64,000 bases of DNA from an uncultured Methanosarcinales archaeon. Lineage in GTDB: Archaea; Nanobdellota; Nanobdellia; Woesearchaeales; JAGVZT01. The DNA is taken from positions 2,284 through 66,283 of the forward strand of contig CAYHAM010000001.1 of the NCBI GenBank assembly GCA_964354685.1. Reading direction: 5' to 3'. Below the pieces are notes generated by a model, which was given only the letters and a program-made list of their open reading frames with translations, was not told where the DNA came from and ran no database searches. How positions within the stretch are numbered: position 1 is the stretch's first letter; each line of letters begins with the position of its first letter. Below are positions 45,705 through 54,508 of the stretch, in pieces. The position numbers and the translations under genes are program-made.

Positions 45705-46592
45705 TTATATCCTCTTAACACTTATTGTTCTTGATATTGAAGATTTGTAACCATAATTAAGATCAAGCATCAAAATAGTTGTAAATGCTGTCTTGGGAAA
45801 ACCACTCATAGATGCCTCACAATAAATAACACCCCTCCCACTAACCAATCTAACAGGATTGGGTTTGCAATCTAAGATGTGTCCAGAGAGTTTTTGTGGG
45901 CTTACACTAACAATATCAATATTTGATGCCTTTAAGTTTGTACATGAACTAATAATTTTATCTACGCCTTCAATTATTGTTCCATCCCCTTCATTTGCAA
46001 TGTTGATGGTAAATCTTACCTTCTCTCTTGAAGAGTCAACACCAATACTTGTTATAGCAACTGGGCCTCCTTGGCCACTACCAAGGCTAATGTCACTTGC
46101 TGTGCATGCATCATCTTGGTTCTGTGTTGGGTCTGGGTCAACACAAACTTGGGCAGAGGCATGGGTTATATAATGATAACATGTGGTCAATTTCATATTG
46201 GTATCATATGAATCAACATTGTCTGGTAATGTAATACTCACAGATTGTTCTTCCAAAACATCATATCCTCCCACTGGGTTGTTCTCATCCCTTGCTTCCA
46301 AATTATTAATAGTTTTTCCCTTCCACTTAATATGGATTATATGGTCTTCATCGTGACCACTGAGCCAGAAACTAGGAGAGGTAGTAAATGCACCAAGGTT
46401 CCTCACTTCAACGATAAAAGGAACATTATCCCCGTCAAAAACCTCTGCCGGAGGACTATTCTGCATAAAGTTCATAACAATACCTTGCGTTCCTATATGA
46501 TAATCTGTTGTAGATTGTGTTGTGTTTGAGCCACAACCAGAAACAAAAATAACAAGGATTATAACAATTGTTGCTATCAATCTCTTTTTCAT
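45705..46592 (-). CDS. Predicted lipoprotein/surface protein (paralog family)
   Basis: VSGC lipobox; GTQGIVMNFMQNSPPAEVFD, CYHYIT, CVDPD, GQGGPVAIT; ATG at 46592. Confidence 0.75.
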   Translation of the reverse strand: MKKRLIATIVIILVIFVSGCGSNTTQSTTDYHIGTQGIVMNFMQNSPPAEVFDGDNVPFIVEVRNLGAFTTSPSFWLSGHDEDHIIHIKWKGKTINNLEARDENNPVGGYDVLEEQSVSITLPDNVDSYDTNMKLTTCYHYITHASAQVCVDPDPTQNQDDACTASDISLGSGQGGPVAITSIGVDSSREKVRFTINIANEGDGTIIEGVDKIISSCTNLKASNIDIVSVSPQKLSGHILDCKPNPVRLVSGRGVIYCEASMSGFPKTAFTTILMLDLNYGYKSSISRTISVKRI

Positions 46593-46699
46593 TTTACTAT
46601 TCACTTCTTTTAAAATGTGAATTGAACTTATATAAATCTTTTGTTTTTTTATATACATTAATCAAAAGAATTAAATAAAAAGCAAAATCACTGAAAAAT

Positions 46700-47590
46700 A
46701 TGCAAATAATATTTTTAGGCACATCGTGTATGGTGCCAACAAAGGAAAGAAACACATCTGCTGTTTTGATTAGTTATAAGGCTGAAAACATACTAATAGA
46801 CTGCGGGGAGGGTACCCAAAGACAGCTAAGGCTAGCAGGAATAAAACCAACTAAAATAACAAAGATATTGATAAGCCACTGGCACGGGGACCATGTTTTG
46901 GGTTTGCCAGGGCTTATACAAACAATGGGTGCATCTGAATATAGTGGCGTTCTTAAGATATATGGGCCAAAGGGCAGCCAAAAACATATTGAGAAGATGC
47001 TGGGTGCATTTGTTTTTGGCAATAAAGTTGATTTTAAAACCCTTGATATAACAAAAAAAAGATTTTTTGATAACAAGGATTTTGATTTAGAGGCCCTACC
47101 TCTAGATCATGGGATTGACTGCTTGGGTTTTAGCTTTGTTGAAAAGGATAGAAGAAAAATAAATATACAGACCATTAAAAAAATAGGTATTCCAGAAGGT
47201 CCTTTACTAGGCAGGCTTCAAAGTGGTAAATCAATATCCTTTAAAGGTAAGAGGATAACACCAGATCAAACAACCTATTTTGTTAAGGGTAGGAAAATAA
47301 GTTACATAGCAGACACCCTTCTATGCGATAATTGTATTAAGCTTGCTGATAATGCTGATTTGTTGATAAGTGAAGCTGTTTATGATTCTGGCTTAGAGAA
47401 CAAGGCTTTTGAATACAAGCATCTAACTGCAAAACAAGCTGGGTTAATAGCAAACCAAGCAAATGTTAAAAAACTTATTTTAACTCATTTTTCTCAGAGG
47501 TACAAGAACACCCAAGAGATTGAAGAGGATGCTAGAACTGTTTTTAATAATATAGTTTGTGCTGAGGATTTTATGAAGATAAAAATATAA
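46700..47590 (+). CDS. rnz: Ribonuclease Z
   Basis: FLGTS..PTKERN, DCGEGTQRQ, HWHGDH, PEGP exosite, THFSQRY. Confidence 0.95.
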   Translation: MQIIFLGTSCMVPTKERNTSAVLISYKAENILIDCGEGTQRQLRLAGIKPTKITKILISHWHGDHVLGLPGLIQTMGASEYSGVLKIYGPKGSQKHIEKMLGAFVFGNKVDFKTLDITKKRFFDNKDFDLEALPLDHGIDCLGFSFVEKDRRKINIQTIKKIGIPEGPLLGRLQSGKSISFKGKRITPDQTTYFVKGRKISYIADTLLCDNCIKLADNADLLISEAVYDSGLENKAFEYKHLTAKQAGLIANQANVKKLILTHFSQRYKNTQEIEEDARTVFNNIVCAEDFMKIKI

Positions 47591-47592
47591 AA

Positions 47593-47802
47593 CTAAGACT
47601 TTGCCGCTAGCTTTATATCCCCTGCTTTAACAGTTTTTCTGCCTGCATGCATAGCAAGCTTAACTGCATTAGATGCAATATCTTCTGCTATCTCTTCTAA
47701 GGCTGCTTTTAAAGCAACCTTTGCTTTGTCAGAAACCCTCTCAGCACCTGCCTTCTTCATAATCTTTTCCATTGCAGCTAAAGGAATCAATCTCTTTGAC
47801 AT
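47593..47802 (-). CDS. Archaeal histone
   Basis: [19 protein letters not shown]...[14 protein letters not shown]. Confidence 0.95.
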   Translation of the reverse strand: MSKRLIPLAAMEKIMKKAGAERVSDKAKVALKAALEEIAEDIASNAVKLAMHAGRKTVKAGDIKLAAKS

Positions 47803-48010
47803 AAATACACCCCCTGATTGTTTATTTTCTGTTAATAAGTACAAATTAACCTTTATTTATAAGATTTTTGATTTTTCAAGGCGCTCTAGTCTTTTAAACA
47901 ACCTAAAAGGGAGCATATTAACTTAAAAAGGGTTTTCAATACCTTACACAGACAAAAGGGCCCAATAAATAACAAAAAGTATTTATCTATATAAAGATTA
48001 TATTGTTAAA

Positions 48011-48397
48011 ATGTCAAGTAAAAAGAAGGGGATAAACGCAGAGAGGGAGTTGATACATATGTTTTGGGGTAAGGGATGGGCTGCTATTAGGGTGGCAGGG
48101 TCTGGCTCATCAAAATACCCTTGCCCTGACATACTTGCCGGAAACAATCTAAGGAAGCTGGCGATAGAGTGCAAGTTTGTTTCTGGTGCAAACAAATATC
48201 TGCCTTATGAGGAAATCTCTCAACTAAACTTTTTCTCAAAAAGGTTTGGTGCAGAACCTTGGATTGGTATTAAGTTTGGCAACATTGGTTGGTTTTTCCT
48301 ATCTCTAGAAGATATTGTTAATGTTGGCAAGAATTTTAGAATCTCAAAAAAGATAGCAAAAGAGCGTGGTTTATTGTTTAATGAATTAATATCTTGA
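48011..48397 (+). CDS. hjc: Holliday junction resolvase Hjc
   Basis: KGINAEREL, RVAGSG, PDILAG, IECK. Confidence 0.94.
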   Translation: MSSKKKGINAERELIHMFWGKGWAAIRVAGSGSSKYPCPDILAGNNLRKLAIECKFVSGANKYLPYEEISQLNFFSKRFGAEPWIGIKFGNIGWFFLSLEDIVNVGKNFRISKKIAKERGLLFNELIS

Positions 48398-48479
48398 ACA
48401 TGGTTTAAAAACAACAACAAAAGATTTATAAAAGTGTTTAACTATATTATAAATTATAAAAAAAGCAGGGAATTAGATA

Positions 48480-48986
48480 ATGGTAAGGGTTTCAAGAAAG
48501 CAATTTGAGTGGGTTGTCAGAAACGTTGCTGGTGAGGATGTAATTCCGCTTGCATGGCTTTTAAAGAACAAAAAAAATATTTCTGAGTTTGAGCTTGCTG
48601 AAGAGATTGGTGAAGAGGTAAACACAACAAGGAACAAGCTTTACAGATTAGATCAAGCGAACCTTGCCTCCTCTATTAGGAAGAAGGATGAAGAGAAAGG
48701 GTGGTATATTTACTATTGGTCATTAAAATATGAGAGAATACCTCCACTTATTAAACATATAAAAAGATCAAGATTAAATGAACTCAAAGAAAAGCTTGAC
48801 AAAGAGACCAATGATATTCTATTCCTCTGTAATAATGAGTGTGTTGTACTTGATTTTGACCAAGCATTGGATTTTAATTTTGTGTGTCCTGAATGTGGAT
48901 CTGTGATGAATCAGAAAGAGAATTGCAAGGAATATATGAACACCTTGAGATGTAAGATAAAAACATTGGAAGAAGAGATGAAATGA
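48480..48986 (+). CDS. tfe: Transcription factor E (alpha)
   Basis: wHTH with EFELAE...RNKLYRL, GWYIYYW; Zn ribbon C..C / FVCPECG. Confidence 0.9.
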   Translation: MVRVSRKQFEWVVRNVAGEDVIPLAWLLKNKKNISEFELAEEIGEEVNTTRNKLYRLDQANLASSIRKKDEEKGWYIYYWSLKYERIPPLIKHIKRSRLNELKEKLDKETNDILFLCNNECVVLDFDQALDFNFVCPECGSVMNQKENCKEYMNTLRCKIKTLEEEMK

Positions 48987-49867
48987 GTTCTAAAGTTGTA
49001 ATTGGATTGGCTCCTTCTGAAAAACTAGCAAAAGAGGTAGCAAAAAAGATAAATTATTGTTACATGGGGTTGAAGGTAAGCAAGTTTCCTGATGGTGAAT
49101 TTTATATCGATTTTCCAAAAGATGTAAAAAGAAAAGAGTTGATAATTGTCCAATCTCTTGTTGACCCAAATGAGAAAATAATAGAGTTGCTATTTGTTGG
49201 GAACACAGCAAAAGAGTTGGGTGCCAAAAAGATAACACTTGTTGCGCCATACCTTGCTTATATGCGCGCTGATCGCAGATTCCACAAAGGAGAGGTTGTG
49301 AGTTCAAGGGTGCTTGCAAGGGTTTTAAGCTCTTGCTTTGATGAGGTTGTGACAATAGACCCTCATCTCCACAGGATAAAAAGGTTATCAGATATTTTTT
49401 ATATTAAAACAAAGAGACTAACAAGTGTTGGATTGATTGCGGATTTCATCAAAAAACACCATAGAAAACCTATTATTATTGGTCCTGATGCTGAATCATT
49501 TCAATGGGCTAGGGCAGTTGCAAAAAAACTCAAAACAAAAGCCTATATTCTAAAAAAGAAGAGGATTAGTTCAAGAGAGGTTGTTATAAAAAACAAAGAT
49601 TTGGGTATTAAAAAATGTGATGTGGTAATTGTTGATGACATAATCAGCACAGGCCATACTATGATTGAAACAGTAATAGCAGCAAAAAAAGCCAAGGCCA
49701 AAAACATTTACTGTGTGGGTGTGCACGGGTTGTTTATTAAAGGGGCTTACAGAAAGATAAGAAAAGCTGGTGCAAAGGAGATTGTGACAACAAACACAAT
49801 ACCTAATAGTAATGCTAAAATAGACATCTCCTCTCTAATAACAAAAGCAATAAAATGTCAAAAATGA
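48983..49867 (+). CDS. prs: Ribose-phosphate pyrophosphokinase
   Basis: FPDGE, PYLAYMRAD, GPD, VDDIISTGHT, VHGLF. Confidence 0.94.
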   Translation: MSSKVVIGLAPSEKLAKEVAKKINYCYMGLKVSKFPDGEFYIDFPKDVKRKELIIVQSLVDPNEKIIELLFVGNTAKELGAKKITLVAPYLAYMRADRRFHKGEVVSSRVLARVLSSCFDEVVTIDPHLHRIKRLSDIFYIKTKRLTSVGLIADFIKKHHRKPIIIGPDAESFQWARAVAKKLKTKAYILKKKRISSREVVIKNKDLGIKKCDVVIVDDIISTGHTMIETVIAAKKAKAKNIYCVGVHGLFIKGAYRKIRKAGAKEIVTTNTIPNSNAKIDISSLITKAIKCQK

Positions 49868-49881
49868 AAAGCATTTTTGAG

Positions 49882-49940
49882 TATGCCAAAAACGGTATAT
49901 CCTAAACATAAATGTTAGAGTTTTGCCGTTTTTTAGCATA
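49882..49940. terminator. Long imperfect hairpin between convergent genes
   Basis: TATGCCAAAAACGGTA...TGCCGTTTTTTAGCATA with inner AACAT/ATGTT stem. Confidence 0.5.
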
Positions 49941-49952
49941 AAAATATGAAAA

Positions 49953-50177
49953 TTATTTCCTTTTCTTTTGTATTTCTTTTTCAATTTCCTCTTCTTCTTT
50001 TTCTATTACTAACTCTTCCTTTAGTATTCTCTGTGTTAGTTTCTCAATATTTGTGTCTATTCTTGCCATTCTTCTTTCAACAAGAACAAGTATTCTTAGG
50101 CTATAGACTATCCCTGCAAGAGTTCCTAGAATCACCGCAAGGATCACTCCTTCAATACTTAACCCCTCCATAACCAT
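49953..50177 (-). CDS. Small membrane protein with coiled-coil tail
   Basis: One TM plus charged helix; GAGGTG RBS before ATG at 50177. Confidence 0.7.
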   Translation of the reverse strand: MVMEGLSIEGVILAVILGTLAGIVYSLRILVLVERRMARIDTNIEKLTQRILKEELVIEKEEEEIEKEIQKKRK

Positions 50178-50388
50178 GGCAAACACCTCTTTTTGATAAA
50201 TATAATTCTGTAGAATGCTTCAAAACAAAGGTTATTTAAATAATTTTTGATTAAATAATGAGATATAATATCTTAAAGTATATAAGTGATTTTTAATACT
50301 TCTTTTTACTCAAAAGAAGTAGGTTACGCCTTATATATGAAAATAGGAATTAAAAAGAAGGTAAACGAAGAAATAAAGTTAAGCAATA

Positions 50389-51186
50389 TTAAGCCTCTTT
50401 CAACTTCTTCCAGTTGTCATCAAACATCCTTAACAAAGAAGATGCAAAGAACTCTGTGTTAACCCATATGCCCACATCATAAGTGGGATGGATTTTTTCA
50501 TCATCTGCTACCATAAATGCAATATCTTTACCATCAACAACCATAAATCTTGCTTTATCATCTGTGTGTCTAACTTCTGCATATTTTGATAATTCCTTCA
50601 AAATCTTTTTGTTTTCTTTAGTTATTGGAGCAGCTATCCTTATCTTGACCCCATTGCCTTTTGCTTTTTTAAATGCTCGTGCAAACTCCTCTGCTTTTCT
50701 TGTTAAGCCCTTGGATGTGGTTGAAAGTACAATTGATGTATTAGCATTTTTGATCATAGTCTCTAAATGTGCATAAAGATTACTTCTCCCTTTCAAAGAA
50801 CCAGATAAATCAGAGGGTTCAACAAGCTCTATCCCTGTTTTGTGCAAAAGGTTAAGCTCGTCGAGGAGCTCGCTCTTCCTAAAATCTTCTAGTAACTTGG
50901 TTTGTTTATCTGCTGAATTTTGAATCTTTTTCTTAACCCTCTCAAGAACCTCTTCTGGAGGTACTGCAATATATTTTATAGGTTTGCCAATTTTTATAAT
51001 AATAAATCCTTTTTTTTCAAGGCTTTCTAGAACATCATAGCTTCTTGACCTTGGTACATTTGCAATATCACTTAACTCTCCTGCTGTAGAAATCCCTCTT
51101 GAAAGCAGGGCAACCCAAAGCTTTGATTCATAACTGTTTAACCCGAAATCACGAAGACGATTTAAAAAATCTGTTTGCACAATCAT
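50389..51186 (-). CDS. TrmB-family transcriptional regulator/chromatin protein (paralog 2)
   Basis: Same wHTH (STAGELSDIANVPRSRSYDVLESLEKKGF) and HPTYDVGIWVNT as the 15034 ORF. Confidence 0.92.
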   Translation of the reverse strand: MIVQTDFLNRLRDFGLNSYESKLWVALLSRGISTAGELSDIANVPRSRSYDVLESLEKKGFIIIKIGKPIKYIAVPPEEVLERVKKKIQNSADKQTKLLEDFRKSELLDELNLLHKTGIELVEPSDLSGSLKGRSNLYAHLETMIKNANTSIVLSTTSKGLTRKAEEFARAFKKAKGNGVKIRIAAPITKENKKILKELSKYAEVRHTDDKARFMVVDGKDIAFMVADDEKIHPTYDVGIWVNTEFFASSLLRMFDDNWKKLKEA

Positions 51187-51340
51187 TCAACATCCTCTCC
51201 ATTATTTTAAAGTGAATTTTGCCAATATAAGGCTATATAAAGAACCCCTTTTTAGGATAGCATCGATTATAATAGTATAAAGGATAACACAACCAATATA
51301 TATACTTTTCTATTTTTATTATTATAAAGTAGCAAATAAG

Positions 51341-51560
51341 CCCCCACAGACCTTTAATTCTTGTGGAACTAATTTTTGATTAGAAAACTTGTTTCATAAT
51401 TTAAATCCTTTCTTCTTTTTTTTATTCTTTTATTTTTTTCTATATTGAAATATAATAATATAATATATAATATTCTTTTTCTTGTTTAATTAAGAGAAAA
51501 AACACAAAAACACCCAAACACACATAAAACACACATCTCCATTTGAAATTAAGGAGTAGG
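51341..51560. other. Probable replication origin (oriC)
   Basis: Inverted ORB-like elements TTCCACAAGAATTAAAGGTCTGTGGGGG (minus, 51341-51368) and CTCCATTTGAAATTAAGGAG (plus, 51537-51556) flank an AT-rich tract directly upstream of cdc6. Confidence 0.75.
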
Positions 51561-51631
51561 AACAGTATCAACCAAAAATATATTTCTTAACACAAGAAGG
51601 CTTAAATACCTATATTTCTTTTGGAAAAAAA

Positions 51632-52840
51632 ATGGTTCAAAAAGGGTTAGATAGGTTTTTTGACACTTATTTGGATAAAGAGTCTTTGTTTCTAGATAAG
51701 AAGATATTACAGAGTGCTTACACTCCAAAAGAAATACCCCATAGGGAAGACCAGATAAAAGGAATTGCAGAGATACTGGCACCAAGCTTAAAGCTTGACA
51801 AACCAAGCAACCTGTTCATATATGGTAAGACAGGCACAGGGAAAACAGTGTGTGTTAAATACACAACAAATGAGATCAAAAAAACAGCAGATAAGAGAAG
51901 AATCCCTATAAAGATATTATATTTAAATTGCAAGCTAAAGAGGGTTGCTGACACAGAATATAGGCTTATAGCACAGCTTGCACGCGAGATGGGCAAGTCT
52001 ATACCTCCAACTGGACTTCCAACAGACGAAGTTTATAAACTATTTTTTAACATAGTAGATAAGGAGGAGCAAATAATTGTCTTGATTTTAGATGAAATAG
52101 ATCAACTTGTAAAAAAAGCAGGAGATGGTATCTTATACAATCTAACTAGGATAAACACAGATCTAAAAAAAGCACAGATATCTCTGATAGGGATTTCTAA
52201 TGATTTAACCTTCACAGACACAATCGACCCAAGGATAAAATCATCGTTAAGTGAGGAAGAGCTTGTTTTCCCCCCTTACAATGCATTACAAATCCAGGAC
52301 ATTCTTAACCAAAGGAGGAGTAAGGCATTTAAGGCAGAAGTTTTGGAGTCTGGTGTTATTGAAAAGTGTGCAGCATATGCTGCTCGAGAGCATGGAGACG
52401 CAAGAAGAGCATTAGAGCTCTTGAGAGTGGCAGGAGAGATTGCTGAGAGAAAGGGTATAAACTCTGTTAAGATAGAACATATTGATGAAGCAGAAGAGAA
52501 AATTGAGCGCGACAGGGTTCTTGATATCGTTAAAACTCAACCAAAACAGTTTCAGGCCACATTGTACAGTATCCTCACAATCAAAAAAAACAGACGCGAT
52601 ATAATCTTAACAGGAGAGGTTTATGAATTTTACAAATCAGTTTGCTTGAAAACAGGGCTAAGACCTTTAACTCAAAGGAGAATCTCTGATATAATAGCAG
52701 AGCTTGATATGTTAGGAATTATTAATGCAAAAGTTATATCTAAAGGCAGATATGGTAGAACAAGAGAAATCTCTTTAGCAACTCCCCCTTCTACAGAACC
52801 GAAGATATTGGAAATACTAAAAACAGACCTTGATTTGTGA
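51632..52840 (+). CDS. cdc6: Orc1/Cdc6 replication initiator
   Basis: YGKTGTGKT, ILDEID, HGDARRAL, SKGRYGRT. Confidence 0.97.
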   Translation: MVQKGLDRFFDTYLDKESLFLDKKILQSAYTPKEIPHREDQIKGIAEILAPSLKLDKPSNLFIYGKTGTGKTVCVKYTTNEIKKTADKRRIPIKILYLNCKLKRVADTEYRLIAQLAREMGKSIPPTGLPTDEVYKLFFNIVDKEEQIIVLILDEIDQLVKKAGDGILYNLTRINTDLKKAQISLIGISNDLTFTDTIDPRIKSSLSEEELVFPPYNALQIQDILNQRRSKAFKAEVLESGVIEKCAAYAAREHGDARRALELLRVAGEIAERKGINSVKIEHIDEAEEKIERDRVLDIVKTQPKQFQATLYSILTIKKNRRDIILTGEVYEFYKSVCLKTGLRPLTQRRISDIIAELDMLGIINAKVISKGRYGRTREISLATPPSTEPKILEILKTDLDL

Positions 52841-52891
52841 TTTTCATATAAAAAAATATGTTAATTAAAGAAAGTAATTAAAGAAGACCAG

Positions 52892-54508
52892 ATGGAAAAC
52901 TCAAAATTAAAACAAGAGGTCCTTTCTTATCTAGACAAAGGGTTCTTACTAAGCCCAGATTTTGTTAGTGACATAGATGAAACAACACAATTTCCTGAAG
53001 AGATTTTCGAGTCAAACTTGAAAAACAACAAAGGGTTGTTGATTCTTAATAAAGATCTACAAGAAATAATGTCTCAAAAATCTATTGAAATTTTTAATTG
53101 GAGAGAATTTGAGAAATCATTGGCCAACTATGAAAAACAAAAGAACATTAGAACATATAACTCTTTTATAGAATACTTAAAAAAGCAAGATATACCCTTA
53201 ACCAAAACAGAACCTCTTAGAGTTACAGAAGAACAATCAAAAGAAGACAATGAGCTAAAAGTAGTTTTTTCCTATAGAGAGGAATCAAAGAAAAGAACAG
53301 TCCAAGACTTTATAGGGCTTTTTAACATAAGATACAAGTCTATAGAAGGATTGCTTAAGAATAGGAGAGAGCTACAAGGCATTTCTTCGATAAATCGTAT
53401 AAAATCAAAGAGTGACAGGGAGGAAGTATCTTTAATAGGGATGGTTATGGATAAGCAAATAACCAAGAACAAAAACATAATACTCTCCCTAGAAGACCTG
53501 TCTGGTACAATAAATATTCTAGTGAGCAAGAACAAACCAGAGGTATATTCTCTTGTAAAAGATATAATACTAGATGAAACAATAGGGGTTACAGGAGTTT
53601 GTGGGAAGAACATTGTTTTTGCAAACAACATCCTATTACCTGACATACCATCAAATAGAGAACTAAAAAAATCAGCCACAGAGAATTATTTTGTTGTTTT
53701 GTCTGATTTACATGTTGGTTCAACAAATTTTTTAGCAGAGGAGTTTGATAGATTTTTGCAATGGATCAATGGAGAAATTGGCAATGAAAAACAAAGGGAG
53801 CTTGCAAGCAAGATAGGTTTTTTGTTTATATTAGGAGACCTTGTTGATGGAGTAGGTGTTTATCCAGAGCAAAACACAGAGTTGGTGATAAAGGATATAT
53901 TCAAGCAATACGAGGTTTGTGCAGAATACTTACGAAGAATCCCTTCCAACATAAAGATAATTATTATACCCGGGAATCACGATGCAATGAGGCTTGCGGA
54001 ACCCCAACCAGAATTATACAAGGATCTAGCAGCACCTATATGGGCTCTACCAAACGTGACCTTACTTAGCAACCCCTCTTATGTTAATATATTGTCCTCT
54101 AAGGATTTCCCTGGTTTTGACTTTCTTCTCTACCACGGGTATAGTTTCACATACTATGCAGATGTTATTGAATCAATAAGGTCTAAGGGAGGAGTTGACA
54201 AAGGAGACCTTATAATGAAATTTTTATTACAAAGAAGGCACCTAGCCCCCACACACAAATCCACACAATATCTTCCCAACACCAACAACGACGCATTGGT
54301 AATAGATAAGGTACCAGATTTTTTCTTAACAGGACACTTACACAAATCTGTTGTTGCAAACTACAAAAATATAACATTGATTTGCGGTAGCTGCTGGCAA
54401 TCCAAAACCACTTTTATGGAAAAACTAGGAATCCATCCAGAGCCAGCAAAAGTACCTGTGGTAAATTTACATACAAGAGAGGTAAAGGTATTGAGGTTTG
54501 GGAAATGA
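52892..54508 (+). CDS. polB: DNA polymerase D small subunit DP1
   Basis: OB fold; SDLHVG, GDLVDG, PGNHD, YHG, HLAPT, TGHLH. Confidence 0.95.
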   Translation: MENSKLKQEVLSYLDKGFLLSPDFVSDIDETTQFPEEIFESNLKNNKGLLILNKDLQEIMSQKSIEIFNWREFEKSLANYEKQKNIRTYNSFIEYLKKQDIPLTKTEPLRVTEEQSKEDNELKVVFSYREESKKRTVQDFIGLFNIRYKSIEGLLKNRRELQGISSINRIKSKSDREEVSLIGMVMDKQITKNKNIILSLEDLSGTINILVSKNKPEVYSLVKDIILDETIGVTGVCGKNIVFANNILLPDIPSNRELKKSATENYFVVLSDLHVGSTNFLAEEFDRFLQWINGEIGNEKQRELASKIGFLFILGDLVDGVGVYPEQNTELVIKDIFKQYEVCAEYLRRIPSNIKIIIIPGNHDAMRLAEPQPELYKDLAAPIWALPNVTLLSNPSYVNILSSKDFPGFDFLLYHGYSFTYYADVIESIRSKGGVDKGDLIMKFLLQRRHLAPTHKSTQYLPNTNNDALVIDKVPDFFLTGHLHKSVVANYKNITLICGSCWQSKTTFMEKLGIHPEPAKVPVVNLHTREVKVLRFGK

